Positions 20,861-30,795 of a stretch of 54,551 nt of DNA are shown piece by piece. The first letter of the stretch is position 1; each line of letters opens with the position of its first letter. The DNA comes from a virus. Its lineage: Duplodnaviria > Caudoviricetes. Made by a program: the position numbers and the translations under genes. The DNA lies in IMG/VR virus record IMGVR_UViG_3300027754_004594, positions 1 to 54,551 of that record, one strand, 5' to 3'. Below the pieces are notes generated by a model, which had not been told where the DNA came from, made no database searches, and was given only the letters and a program-made list of their open reading frames with translations.

Positions 20861-21408
20861 GTCGATAGTAGTTGCATTATAGCGTTAGAGATATCTTCGG
20901 GTTTATGTTGGTTGATATACTCTTGAGCCGCATCGGGATTGTAGAACGGAGACAATCCAGCCATGTCGGGGATAAAAATTTTATACATGTTTAAATCTCC
21001 AAAATACGGCCTACAGTTATTAAAATTGATACTTCCACCGAATAAGATTACCATGGGCTTTCTATAATGGTCAGAGAGGTGCATGCAAAAACTATCAATC
21101 CCCAACAAAAGGCTACATTTATTTATTATGAAAGCTGTTTGACTAAAGGATGAAGTTTGTATTTTTAAGCAATGATTATAACTTATATCAGATGAGTCTA
21201 TTTGAATTATTGATATTTCTTTAGACTGCAAGAATGGATGAATTAAATCAATAACCTCTTGCCATTTATTATAAAATTTTCCTAAGCCTTTCGAGTGGGG
21301 ATTGAATACAATAAACTTTTCTGGTAAATTAGGACAATGACATTCTTTAATTAATGGTTTTTCAATTTTAAGCCCGCAAGACAAAGCGTATATTTCAACA
21401 ATGTGCAT
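20857..21408 (-). CDS. GT9-like C-terminal domain protein
   Basis: FIVFNP, WQEVI, GIDSFCMHL...PMVILFG. Confidence 0.7.
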   Translation of the reverse strand: MHIVEIYALSCGLKIEKPLIKECHCPNLPEKFIVFNPHSKGLGKFYNKWQEVIDLIHPFLQSKEISIIQIDSSDISYNHCLKIQTSSFSQTAFIINKCSLLLGIDSFCMHLSDHYRKPMVILFGGSINFNNCRPYFGDLNMYKIFIPDMAGLSPFYNPDAAQEYINQHKPEDISNAIMQLLST

Positions 21409-21410
21409 AG

Positions 21411-21737
21411 TCAGTATTTAAGATCCAAAGCAATTCTATCTTTACCGTTATGCGTATAAGTTATTATTCTTTGAGTTTGGATATGTGGAATTAGGCAAAT
21501 TTCAAACAGTCTAGGGCGCGGCCCAATCCCTTCCATAGCAAATATATTATCCATTTCCGGCTTGTAGTCAATAATAAAATCTATATAAGGATTGCCTTCA
21601 AGTATGCATTGATACATTGGGTTGGTTGCAAAATATATCTTGTAATCAGGATACGTTTCTCTTAAACTCCTAAGAAGAGATGTGCAAAGTAAAACGTCAC
21701 CAGCTCCCTCGGGCATTACAAAGAGCAGATTGTTCAT
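21411..21737 (-). CDS. GT9-like N-terminal domain protein
   Basis: GAGDVLL...LRETYPDYKIYF...ILEGNPYID. Confidence 0.7.
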   Translation of the reverse strand: MNNLLFVMPEGAGDVLLCTSLLRSLRETYPDYKIYFATNPMYQCILEGNPYIDFIIDYKPEMDNIFAMEGIGPRPRLFEICLIPHIQTQRIITYTHNGKDRIALDLKY

Positions 21738-22117
21738 CTCGAATTGAAAAGACCCAAGAAATCTTTTAAAGAGTTTGGTTTTTTATTAATAGATACTTGC
21801 TCCGCCACTGGGCGGTCTTCCAATTCTATACGGTCTTTTCGAAAAGATGTTGATTGGTATCTTTTAACGTCGTCAATGAATTTCTTCCCAGCTCGCGAGA
21901 TAAACCAAGCCAAAGAATTTAATCCTATCATTCCCTTCATGGACATGAAAAACTCAAAATTGTATTTTTTAACAAGGCTCGTTGCGAGCTTCATCTCTCT
22001 CGGCCAGTCAATTTTATCATAATTTTTTTCTATGATGAAAGCCGCAATGATTTGTTGCTGTTTCGAGATAGCCCTCTTCTTTAAGATTTTCGCAACTTTG
22101 GTTTTTTTAGGCTCCAT
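21734..22117 (-). CDS. Hypothetical protein
   Basis: Overlaps both neighbours in the same orientation. Confidence 0.6.
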   Translation of the reverse strand: MEPKKTKVAKILKKRAISKQQQIIAAFIIEKNYDKIDWPREMKLATSLVKKYNFEFFMSMKGMIGLNSLAWFISRAGKKFIDDVKRYQSTSFRKDRIELEDRPVAEQVSINKKPNSLKDFLGLFNSR

Positions 22118-23213
22118 GTTTAATGGTGAGGGGTCTTTCTTCAGAAGTCAAGATGCTTATATCATTTTTAACCATTCTTGAGACGAGTTCTTGGAAAGAG
22201 ATTTTGGGTTGCCAGTCAAGTTCTTTCCTGGCTAAAGAGGAGTCTCCTAACAAAAGATCTACTTCCGCCGGTCTGTAAAATTTAGGATTTATTTTAACTA
22301 AAACAGAAGACTTTACGTCGTGTTCTTCAACTAAATAGTTAGCAATAGAGAACTCTTCGCTTGACCCGTTTCCATGCCAACAGCCTTCAATATTTGCGTT
22401 TTTAAACGCTAAGTTAACGAACTCTCTGATTGAATGACTTTCGTTACTAGAGAGGATATAGTTTTTAATTGGAGTTTTTTGATTAAGCATCTTCCAAATC
22501 CCCTCTACGAAATCTTCAGCGTGACTCCAGTCTCTTTTAACGTCTAGGTTGCCAAGTTCTATCGGACTGAATGAGTGTTTATTTTTTATAGCTTGATTGA
22601 TTCGAGCAACTCCTTTTGTGATTTTTCTCGTCACGAACTCTTCCCCTCGTCTTTCTGATTCGTAATTAAAACACCAACATTGAATAGCGTATAAGTTATA
22701 GCTTTCTTTATATACTTTAACAATTTGTCTTGCTGCGACTTTTGACGCTCCGTAAGGACTTCTGGAAGAGGGCGGGTGATTTTCGTCTTGAGGCGTATAC
22801 TTAACGTCCCCGAACTCCTCGGAAGATCCAAAATTTAAATACTTTGTGTGTGGGGAGCATTTTCTTATAGACTCCAACTGCCTTAGAACACCGAGACAAT
22901 TATATTCAAAGTGTTGTTCTGGGCATTGCCAACTTGTTCCCACGAAGCTATTGGCGGCAGAATTAATAAAATAATTTGGTTTATATTTTTCAATTAATGA
23001 GGATATAGAGTGGGAATCTCCTAAATCCATTATCTCTAAAATAAAATTAGAATTTACTATATGCTTAATATTCTGAGTATTGGGGACGCTTAATCTTCTT
23101 GTAGCTCCGATGACTCGAATGCCTTTTTTTAATAAAAAATCAGCAAGATAAGAGCCCATTTGTCCCGTTACTCCGGTGACTATTGCGACTTCATCTTGTT
23201 TAGTTTTATCCAT
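22107..23213 (-). CDS. gmd: GDP-mannose 4,6-dehydratase
   Basis: TGVTGQMGSYL, SSEEFG, PYGASK, EFVTRKIT, LGNLD.KRDW, FYRPAEVDLLLGD. Confidence 0.93.
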   Translation of the reverse strand: MDKTKQDEVAIVTGVTGQMGSYLADFLLKKGIRVIGATRRLSVPNTQNIKHIVNSNFILEIMDLGDSHSISSLIEKYKPNYFINSAANSFVGTSWQCPEQHFEYNCLGVLRQLESIRKCSPHTKYLNFGSSEEFGDVKYTPQDENHPPSSRSPYGASKVAARQIVKVYKESYNLYAIQCWCFNYESERRGEEFVTRKITKGVARINQAIKNKHSFSPIELGNLDVKRDWSHAEDFVEGIWKMLNQKTPIKNYILSSNESHSIREFVNLAFKNANIEGCWHGNGSSEEFSIANYLVEEHDVKSSVLVKINPKFYRPAEVDLLLGDSSLARKELDWQPKISFQELVSRMVKNDISILTSEERPLTIKHGA

Positions 23214-23241
23214 ATTATTGATTTTTAAATTTTACTAGTGA

Positions 23242-23973
23242 CTATAGCATTAATAATTCACTAGATGAATATATTTTAGGTAAGTCCAGAACGATTTCAA
23301 GAATATTATTTTCTTTACAGAATACGGATTCTGAGGGTTCTAGGTTTCCGGCTTTTCGATCTCCGCTATTAAAAAGGGAGATGGTTGAATTGGGATTTTC
23401 TAGTTTAATTTTTGCTAAAGTGTTGACTTGAGCTTTGTCCGAATCTATAGAGATTATGCATTCGTCAACAGCTTTTAAATTTTGCATTATTTGTTGTCTA
23501 TGAGCTTCATTCATGAACGGTTTGCTTTTCTTTAAGCCTACCTGTAGGTCGCTATTTACTATAACTATCAAATACTTACATCGTTCTTTAGCCTCGTTAA
23601 GGTATTGTAAGTGCCCTAAATGTAGTGGGTTAAAGTATCCAGAAGCTATTCCAATTTCTGATTTGTTTTTTATTTTAGCTCGCCAATCTAAGGCGTTTAT
23701 AGCCTTGTCGTCGATGAAGAGATCGACATTGGGTTTACCTTCATCAACTAGCTCATGATACTTAACACCCCAATTGCTTAGTTGGCTAATCGTAAGGTCG
23801 TGATAATCTCGGCCAGATCCGCGACCTCTAGCTGTAAATATGATTATATAATGCCCGTGTTGATGTAGAATATTTATATTATCTACAACATCTTGGAACG
23901 GAAGACTTTTAGCATACTCCCCGCTGTTAGTTAAGGAGCAAATTGTTCCGTCTATATCAAACGCATATCTCAC
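23242..23973 (-). CDS. Fusion of a HAD-like phosphatase and a cytidylyltransferase-fold (HldC/RfaE-II-like) nucleotidyltransferase
   Basis: FDIDGT...FTAR...FIDDKA, then SGYFNPLHLGH...VNSD...GD...SSS. Confidence 0.8.
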   Translation of the reverse strand: MRYAFDIDGTICSLTNSGEYAKSLPFQDVVDNINILHQHGHYIIIFTARGRGSGRDYHDLTISQLSNWGVKYHELVDEGKPNVDLFIDDKAINALDWRAKIKNKSEIGIASGYFNPLHLGHLQYLNEAKERCKYLIVIVNSDLQVGLKKSKPFMNEAHRQQIMQNLKAVDECIISIDSDKAQVNTLAKIKLENPNSTISLFNSGDRKAGNLEPSESVFCKENNILEIVLDLPKIYSSSELLML

Positions 23974-24704
23974 AACGACACGACTCCTTTTAATCGAACA
24001 ACTTTAGACCCACACTCGTTGGCGAACGCAATCGCAGACCGGACATCCTCAGAAAGCCCGTATTTATAAATAAGACCGGCAAAAAAAGAATCTCCAGCGC
24101 CAGACACGTCTCTTACCTCAACCTTTTCAACTGGAAAATTCTCCCCGTTAAAAAAACATCCTTCTGATCCTTTTGTGTAGATTGTTTTATTAAATAAATT
24201 TTTAGGCATTGTGTTTTTTGATCTATCGAATTCTTCTTCGTTTATTTTTATATATTTGCAATTATTAGCCCATTCTCCGAGTCTTTTTTTGCTATCTAAA
24301 AATACATTTTTGTGATTGTTACATATATATTCCACGTCTTCTTCTTTAAGGAATCCTTTATCATAATCTGAAATAGCAATTAAATCATAATCTAAAGATA
24401 GCTTGCTAACATCGCATCTTTGCACGTCGCCCTCCCCGGCGTCAACCCTAATAAACATGTGATTAGTTTGGCTGTGCATGTATCTTGTTTTTGTGTAGCT
24501 TTGCCAATTGGGGTTAGTGACGATGTCGCAATGAACATTTAAAGAAGCAATATTTCTTTGAAGGTTTTTAGCCATGCCCGGATTCTGAGTCTTGGATAAG
24601 ATGTTCAGAACAGGGACGGGGACGTCTGGGCAAAGTCTGCTCACGGAACAGTAGACAAACACGTCCCGGCACGAGTCTCCTATTACAAGAATCCTTTTAC
24701 TCAT
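23970..24704 (-). CDS. PfkB-family kinase (HldA/RfaE-I heptose-kinase-like)
   Basis: VIGD, RLCPDVPVPV, KTR, SDYDKG, DVSGAGD. Confidence 0.85.
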   Translation of the reverse strand: MSKRILVIGDSCRDVFVYCSVSRLCPDVPVPVLNILSKTQNPGMAKNLQRNIASLNVHCDIVTNPNWQSYTKTRYMHSQTNHMFIRVDAGEGDVQRCDVSKLSLDYDLIAISDYDKGFLKEEDVEYICNNHKNVFLDSKKRLGEWANNCKYIKINEEEFDRSKNTMPKNLFNKTIYTKGSEGCFFNGENFPVEKVEVRDVSGAGDSFFAGLIYKYGLSEDVRSAIAFANECGSKVVRLKGVVSL

Positions 24705-25489
24705 TGGTTGATTGCTTGCTTGAAAAACGTAACAACCTCAGAACCTTGCTGAGAGATATTTTTAAATTTAAGAATCTTCATCACCCCATCGCGAATATAT
24801 TGATTAATAAACATCACGTCTCTTGTGTGATCCTCAAAGTCTCCCACGATACAGAAAGTCGGGATTCGCAACATAGAAGACTGAGTTTTGTAACAGCTAT
24901 CTGTCCCCAAAAACTTAGAACAGTATTGTACGCAGGCTAAGCAGCAAACAACATCGTCAAAAGAACAAAATTTAACATTATCACTTTCTTTTAGTCCGTA
25001 ATTAGATAATTCTTTTTCAGAACCAAAGATTAGATAATTAAAATCTTCACTAATTATCTCACTGACGATTGAAGAAGGAATGAATTTCTGCGGCAGGTTG
25101 AACGACGAATAGACGTTAGTAGAGAATTGGCTTCCGAATGGGTGAATTCCTATGATTTTTTTCTTTTCCTTAAAAGAATTTACTAAGCGTTCAGCTATCA
25201 AAACAGCTTCATTTTTAAAAATTAAATTATTATAAAAAAACCTAGGGCAAACTTCAAAAGGCTTCTCCTCTTTGGAGTCGGCACAAGAAAGAATTTCATC
25301 CGTCTGACTGTCGTGATCAGCAATTGTTTCAAAATTATATATTTTTATATTTTCAACACCGAATTCATTGAAAAATTCTTTAGCTTTGCTGAAATGGGTG
25401 TGAATATAATACTCTCGATCCAAGTGAGTCATTGCAAAAGGGATAGTTTGTAAAAAGTCCCCAATTCCACCTCTTATGTATACTTTCAT
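24701..25489 (-). CDS. GT9-like glycosyltransferase
   Basis: RGGIGD, IGIHPFGS, FLGTDS. Confidence 0.65.
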   Translation of the reverse strand: MKVYIRGGIGDFLQTIPFAMTHLDREYYIHTHFSKAKEFFNEFGVENIKIYNFETIADHDSQTDEILSCADSKEEKPFEVCPRFFYNNLIFKNEAVLIAERLVNSFKEKKKIIGIHPFGSQFSTNVYSSFNLPQKFIPSSIVSEIISEDFNYLIFGSEKELSNYGLKESDNVKFCSFDDVVCCLACVQYCSKFLGTDSCYKTQSSMLRIPTFCIVGDFEDHTRDVMFINQYIRDGVMKILKFKNISQQGSEVVTFFKQAINQ

Positions 25490-25505
25490 ATTATTATATT
25501 ATTTG

Positions 25506-26564
25506 TTACAGGGTAAAATTATCAAAAGCATTTTCATTAAAAGTATTGTCTATTCCTTTAACGTAGCTGCTTAATTCCGTTTCTTGCGGCGCGACTTGGA
25601 GCTTTTTACTGTCGTAAAAGCTGTCCAGCCACCCATTGAGTGGATTAGTTTTAGAGTTAGGATATAGTTTTTTATATCCTATGCTAGTAAGCCTATTGTT
25701 AGCGAGCCACTCTACGTAGCTTTTGAGGCTTTCCGCCGTTAGCCCGACTAGGCTTCCCTTACTAAACAAGTAGTCAGCCCAATCCTTTTCGGCTTCGACT
25801 GCAATTCGGTAAGCTTCGTAGACTTTATCCTCGTTTTTCTTGACGATATCTTGGAATCCTTCTTCTGGGTTATTAGCCCAATTCTTCATAATTTGCTGAG
25901 TGATAGCGACGTGAAGGTTCTCGTCTCTACTGATGAACTTGATGATTTTACTATTGCCTTCCATCTTGCCTCTGTAGCCGAAGTAGAAGCTGCAAGCGAA
26001 AGACACGTAAAAAACTAACCCTTCGGTAATTTGAGTAGCTAAAACCGCATCAAATACTTGTTGCTTTACGTCTGCCGATTCTTTTAGAAGAGCGTCGTAT
26101 TTTTCAGAGATGCAAGTCGCTCGCTTGAGGATTTCTGGATCGTTTAAAACCCCGTCGAAAAATTTAGTTGCATCTGGATAAACGTTGTTGAGAATGTATG
26201 TATAGCTGTTGCTGTGAATAGTCTCGAAAAAACTCCACGCATTCATGCAAATCTCCAACTCTGAATTGGTGACGTGCTTCATAAGCTCGTGGATACTCCG
26301 ACTCAACATGCTGTCAACCATCGTCTGGAACTTGAGATTGCTGTCAAAAACAAACCTTTCAGGGTCTGACAAATTTTTATAATCGCTAATATCTTTAAGC
26401 AGCGAAACCTCTTGAGGACGCCAAAAATAATTTAGCTGCTGGTCGTATAGGTCGTAAAACTTTTGATATTTAATTTTATCATACCTCTGAAGAGCCAAAT
26501 CATCCCCAAGAAACATTGGGTTTCTTAGTTGGTCTATATTTTTTTTATTTAGGACTGTTTTCAT
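25506..26564 (-). CDS. nrdB: Ribonucleotide reductase class Ia beta subunit
   Basis: FWRPQEV, ETIHSNSY, EGLVFYVSF, RDENLH, VAPQETE. Confidence 0.95.
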   Translation of the reverse strand: MKTVLNKKNIDQLRNPMFLGDDLALQRYDKIKYQKFYDLYDQQLNYFWRPQEVSLLKDISDYKNLSDPERFVFDSNLKFQTMVDSMLSRSIHELMKHVTNSELEICMNAWSFFETIHSNSYTYILNNVYPDATKFFDGVLNDPEILKRATCISEKYDALLKESADVKQQVFDAVLATQITEGLVFYVSFACSFYFGYRGKMEGNSKIIKFISRDENLHVAITQQIMKNWANNPEEGFQDIVKKNEDKVYEAYRIAVEAEKDWADYLFSKGSLVGLTAESLKSYVEWLANNRLTSIGYKKLYPNSKTNPLNGWLDSFYDSKKLQVAPQETELSSYVKGIDNTFNENAFDNFTL

Positions 26565-26567
26565 AAC

Positions 26568-28859
26568 TTATAAAGAACAAGCTCCTCCCGCGCAATTAGT
26601 GTCATTTTCTATTCTTTTTTCTTTTACCGTTGAGTCTTTTGAATCCATCACTGTCTGTTTATCTCCGTCGTCTGTGTTTGCATAGTATAAGTTCTTGATT
26701 CCGTATTTGTAAGCCAACAAGATGTCTTTAATAACAGTCTCCACGGGCACTCTGTTCTTTTCATATCTAGAAGGAACATAATAAGTATTAACACTAATGC
26801 TCATGTCTGTAAATTTTTGAATTGCTGCTGCTACTTTTAAATAGCCTTCATTACTTGGCATGTCAAAAGCAAAGGTATAATTATCTTTATATTTATCAAT
26901 ATTTGGAACTACGACTGGTAAAATATTACTTTTGCTTCCTTTAAAACTGATAGCGCTACGCGGGGGTTCAATGCCATTAGTGCTACTCTGTATAACGCTG
27001 CTCGATTCCACCGGCATACATGCTGTTAACGTGCTGTGTCTCATGCCATATGTCGAGATATCTTTTCTAAGACCTTCCCAATCGCAGTGCAATTTCTCAG
27101 TAATAAATTCATCAACATCTCTTTTATAAGTATCAATTGGTAAAATACCTTTACTGAATTTTGTTCTTTCAAATTTTTCGCATTTGCCAAATTCTTTAGC
27201 TAGTTCGACGCTGGATTTAATTAAGTAATAACTCATTTTCTCCATCCATTTAGCGACGAAGTTGGGAGCGTTTTTATCCCAATACTTTAAACCTTCTTTT
27301 GCTAATAAGGCTGCGAGGTTACTTACTCCAACTCCAAGACTGCGGCGTTTCTTTGCAAAATTTTCAGCGGCAGGAACAAAGTAATTTTGATGATCAATTA
27401 ATGCATCTAACATTCTTACAATGATGTCACATACATTTTTTAGTTCCTCGTCGTCTTTGATCTCCAACCAATTAACGGCAGCTAAAATGCAAACCCCAAT
27501 TTCTCCATCGGGATCATTTACGTCATTAATTGGAATAAGCGGGTGTGTTACCTCGAGGCACAGATTGCTCGTATCAACCTGATCTAACCAACTGCCATGT
27601 TCATTGGCGTGGTCTACATGCATTGTGTAAATCCTGCCTGTCTCAAGTCTTTCTTTAGCGAGCAGTCCGATCAGTTCCCGTGCTGGAATTTTCTTTTTAA
27701 ATTTTAAGTTTTTGTTGGCTTCTGCTTTTTCATATTTCTCTTTAAAGTCAGGCAGTCCAAAGCTATTCCAAAGTTGAGGAACTTCATGGTAGCTAAAGAG
27801 CGTTACGTCTTGATTCTTTAAAAACCTTTCAAAAATTAGTTTATCTAAGCCGATGCAGTAATCTAATTTGCGAACTCTATTATCATCTGTTCCAGCGTTA
27901 TTCTTTAACACCATGATGTCCATGATGTCGTAATGGAACCAAGCGAAATTAACAGTGGCCGAGCCGCCTCTAATTCCATTTTGGTGACAGCTTTTTACAA
28001 TACTTTCAAATACTTTGCTAAACGGAATGGGTCCGGTATGAACGACTTCGCCGTTCCTAATCGGTGCGTTCGTAGCTCGAAGTCTGCTAAGATTCAGGCC
28101 GATCCCGTAACGGCTTGCTGTCGCAAAGCCAACAGCACTGCTATTGGCAAAAATGCTGTGAAGAGTATCGTCAACAGAGAACAGAGCGCAAGAGGCGTAG
28201 CTTTTTAACGAAGTCCTAACTCCGGCCATGATTGGCGTGGGCAAATTGATTTTGTGCTTACTAAAGTAATTGTATGCTTTTTTAATGTATTCTAATCTAT
28301 TTTCTTTATACCCCTTAAAGAAAGTCATTGCAATTAATACATAAGCAAACTGTGGGGTTTCGTAAATTTGTTTATTGACTCTGTTTTGAATTAGATATTT
28401 GTCGCACAGCTGCTTGATTCCGGCGTATGTGAAATCAAAATCTCTATCATGTTTTAGAAATTCATCAATCTTATCAAATTCATTTTTAGAATACCAAGAG
28501 AGAATATTCTCATCATACATCAATCTATCTATATTGGATTTAATGATGTCGTACAATTTGGGTGCATTTTTTCCTCCCCAAACATTTTTTCTCAATTGAT
28601 AATTTAGCAATCGAGAAGCTACAAATTGATAATTTGGTTTTTCTTCAGAAATTAAATTTGCTGCTGATTCTATAAGCATCGAATGGATGTCTTTAGAGTC
28701 CATTCCTTCAAAAAAAGATAAGTGCGCGTTCATAGCGACTTCCTCGAAAGAAACTCCTTTCAGCCCCTCAACTGACCATTGTAAAATTTTATTGATTTTA
28801 TCTGCGCAAAACTTTTCCAATTTACCGTTGCGTTTTTTAATTGAAATTTCTTTGTTCAT
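26568..28859 (-). CDS. nrdA: Ribonucleotide reductase class Ia alpha subunit
   Basis: ATP cone KKRNG, PTP, SNLCLE, MPVESS, NGIEP, LYY, C-terminal CAGGAC. Confidence 0.96.
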   Translation of the reverse strand: MNKEISIKKRNGKLEKFCADKINKILQWSVEGLKGVSFEEVAMNAHLSFFEGMDSKDIHSMLIESAANLISEEKPNYQFVASRLLNYQLRKNVWGGKNAPKLYDIIKSNIDRLMYDENILSWYSKNEFDKIDEFLKHDRDFDFTYAGIKQLCDKYLIQNRVNKQIYETPQFAYVLIAMTFFKGYKENRLEYIKKAYNYFSKHKINLPTPIMAGVRTSLKSYASCALFSVDDTLHSIFANSSAVGFATASRYGIGLNLSRLRATNAPIRNGEVVHTGPIPFSKVFESIVKSCHQNGIRGGSATVNFAWFHYDIMDIMVLKNNAGTDDNRVRKLDYCIGLDKLIFERFLKNQDVTLFSYHEVPQLWNSFGLPDFKEKYEKAEANKNLKFKKKIPARELIGLLAKERLETGRIYTMHVDHANEHGSWLDQVDTSNLCLEVTHPLIPINDVNDPDGEIGVCILAAVNWLEIKDDEELKNVCDIIVRMLDALIDHQNYFVPAAENFAKKRRSLGVGVSNLAALLAKEGLKYWDKNAPNFVAKWMEKMSYYLIKSSVELAKEFGKCEKFERTKFSKGILPIDTYKRDVDEFITEKLHCDWEGLRKDISTYGMRHSTLTACMPVESSSVIQSSTNGIEPPRSAISFKGSKSNILPVVVPNIDKYKDNYTFAFDMPSNEGYLKVAAAIQKFTDMSISVNTYYVPSRYEKNRVPVETVIKDILLAYKYGIKNLYYANTDDGDKQTVMDSKDSTVKEKRIENDTNCAGGACSL

Positions 28860-28912
28860 GGAATTAAATACTTATAACCTCCCTTGGGGATGGAAAGGTT
28901 GGTCTCTGCGGG

Positions 28913-29290
28913 TCAAGAGTCAAGTCTAACTTGCGGCACTTCGCTTGGTTTCATTTTTTCTTTATACTTCATGCCTCTTCTCTTCTTGGAATATTTATTT
29001 TCAGCTTTTGTTCTGACGTCGTCTTGGCCGTTTGTAGACTTTGCCCGTTTATCGCTCAGCTCCTTCGAATAGTCCCAAATTTCGCCAAGCGTTCCTTTCA
29101 TTGTTCCGGTTTTTTCAACGAATTTCTGAGAAGAAAAAGGGTCTATCTGGGAATCAATAGTAGCATTCGGAACAGTGTAAACCCTTTCAAACACGACTCC
29201 GTCTTCGGAATAAGCATGCTCAGCGTTCATCTCTTGAAAGATGTGCTTAATTTTATTAGTTTTAGGATTAGAGAACAGATAAATTGGCAT
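28913..29290 (-). CDS. FmdB-like phage protein (no Zn-binding cysteines)
   Basis: MPIYLF N-terminus; in the nrdA operon. Confidence 0.5.
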   Translation of the reverse strand: MPIYLFSNPKTNKIKHIFQEMNAEHAYSEDGVVFERVYTVPNATIDSQIDPFSSQKFVEKTGTMKGTLGEIWDYSKELSDKRAKSTNGQDDVRTKAENKYSKKRRGMKYKEKMKPSEVPQVRLDS

Positions 29291-29291
29291 A

Positions 29292-30374
29292 TCAAAGTAA
29301 AGATAATAATTTTCTGGCTGTAGTTGAATATTTGAATTCTTCTTGAAGTTTTAAGCCTTCTTCGTTTACGTTGATCTTCTCAAATCTAGAAATAGCCGAT
29401 TCGCAACCTGCGATGAATTCGTCGTCATTAAAATCAAAGATATTGCCTTGACTATAAGGGGCTCCTTTCGAGAAGAATTTCCCATCGTAGACTTCTATTT
29501 TTCCACAAGGATTAACTAAAACAGCGTTTTCTTGATTAGCCCATTCTTTGTAGGCTGACGCATTTAAAATAACAGCATGTTTACCCAAAGCGACTGATTG
29601 GAACTCCGGAAGTCCCCAGCCTTCTCCGCCAGACATTCCGATGACGATATCGCCAGAGTTAAGATAGTCATTATATATGGAATTTTTTGGCATTGTTGAG
29701 AGAAAAGAAACGTTGAAAACGTTTACCCCCCCAAGGATTTGGGCGAATTCGGCCTTTAAAGCATTTGGATCTTGATAGAAAGGATTGTGAAGAGAGCATT
29801 GCAAGGAATATTTTTTATTATTTCCAAATTTTTTTATCCAAGCTTTGATTACTCTCTCGTGATGCTTTCTCTTTTCGAATTTGCCGCAAAGATTAAAGGT
29901 GATCCTGCCGTCGTCAAAATATTTTTTATTTGTTCTGAAGAAATGCTTAGAGTCAAAGCCAAGAGGAATCAATGTCGCGTCTATGCCATTGTCGGCGAAT
30001 ATAGATTGAGAACTTTTAGAAGAAACGCAGCAAGTGCTTGATTTTAAAATATTTACTTCTGCTTTTGTTAATTGATCTGTTTCGTGGAAAGTAAATAGAA
30101 CCTGCTTGTCAGAAAAGCTTTTTAAAGAACCATTAATATGCCAAAGTCTGATTGTTGGTATTTTTCTATTGTGTTTCTCAATAGCATTTTTTTGGTTTTT
30201 GCCGATCCAATCGGTGAAACCTTGATCGAAATCGCAAGCAGAAAAATCTACAGGGTGCTCGCTTTCACTAAAAATAGATGGGTTTAATCCCATCGTATAA
30301 TATTCGTATAATAAATTAAAACTAACTTGCCCAAAACTCAGGCTATTCAATGGAACGTTTACGGCGAATTGCAT
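29292..30374 (-). CDS. Glycosyltransferase, GT-B (GT4-like)
   Basis: PLGFD, GKFEKRK, EGWGLPEF. Confidence 0.85.
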   Translation of the reverse strand: MQFAVNVPLNSLSFGQVSFNLLYEYYTMGLNPSIFSESEHPVDFSACDFDQGFTDWIGKNQKNAIEKHNRKIPTIRLWHINGSLKSFSDKQVLFTFHETDQLTKAEVNILKSSTCCVSSKSSQSIFADNGIDATLIPLGFDSKHFFRTNKKYFDDGRITFNLCGKFEKRKHHERVIKAWIKKFGNNKKYSLQCSLHNPFYQDPNALKAEFAQILGGVNVFNVSFLSTMPKNSIYNDYLNSGDIVIGMSGGEGWGLPEFQSVALGKHAVILNASAYKEWANQENAVLVNPCGKIEVYDGKFFSKGAPYSQGNIFDFNDDEFIAGCESAISRFEKINVNEEGLKLQEEFKYSTTARKLLSLL

Positions 30375-30405
30375 AAAAAAAACCTACCCATATGATAGGT
30401 AGGCT
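30375..30405 (-). terminator. Rho-independent terminator
   Basis: Minus strand CCTACCTAT-CAT-ATGGGTAGG followed by T8. Confidence 0.7.
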
Positions 30406-30426
30406 TATGGTGTTTTCTATTTTTTA

Positions 30427-30759
30427 TTACAGGATGTCGTCAACTTCCGCAAGCACTTCTTTCGTTGATGCTTTTGCTGATGTTTTTGCCGGAGTTGAAG
30501 TCTTCAATCGAGTAGGCTCCACTGCGGGAGTTGGGATAGAGGACCTGACCTCTGTCTTTTCAGAGATGTAAATTCTAAAATCAGGAGCTTTATCGTTCTT
30601 CTTGTCTCTGCTGGGGAAAACGATAACGTCGATTTTTCCCTCGAGAGATGTCTTGATGGTTCCAGTCATGAATTTTTGACCGCTACCTTTGGCTGTTTTC
30701 AACCAAAGAGCTCCGATTTCTCGGTTGTCCCACTTGCTGTCTGTTTTGATTTCACTCAT
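30427..30759 (-). CDS. DUF736-like protein with an acidic C-terminal tip (possible ssDNA-binding protein)
   Basis: EIGALWLK...FMTG...KAPDFRIY; low-complexity tail ending EVDDIL. Confidence 0.6.
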   Translation of the reverse strand: MSEIKTDSKWDNREIGALWLKTAKGSGQKFMTGTIKTSLEGKIDVIVFPSRDKKNDKAPDFRIYISEKTEVRSSIPTPAVEPTRLKTSTPAKTSAKASTKEVLAEVDDIL

Positions 30760-30795
30760 ATATGTATCGACAGTGTTGATCTAAGATTAGTTAAG

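Noticed and set aside
7932-25489. Bacterial O-antigen or capsule locus (window being chromosomal)
   Set aside because: No wzx/wzy/wzm or initiating transferase; flanked by phage-type replication genes, with tail fibres and phage-style tRNAs nearby
1-28859. Inteins or introns in dnaE, dnaB, recA or nrdA
   Set aside because: Lengths and motif spacing are normal, with no intein-like insertions in the visible parts
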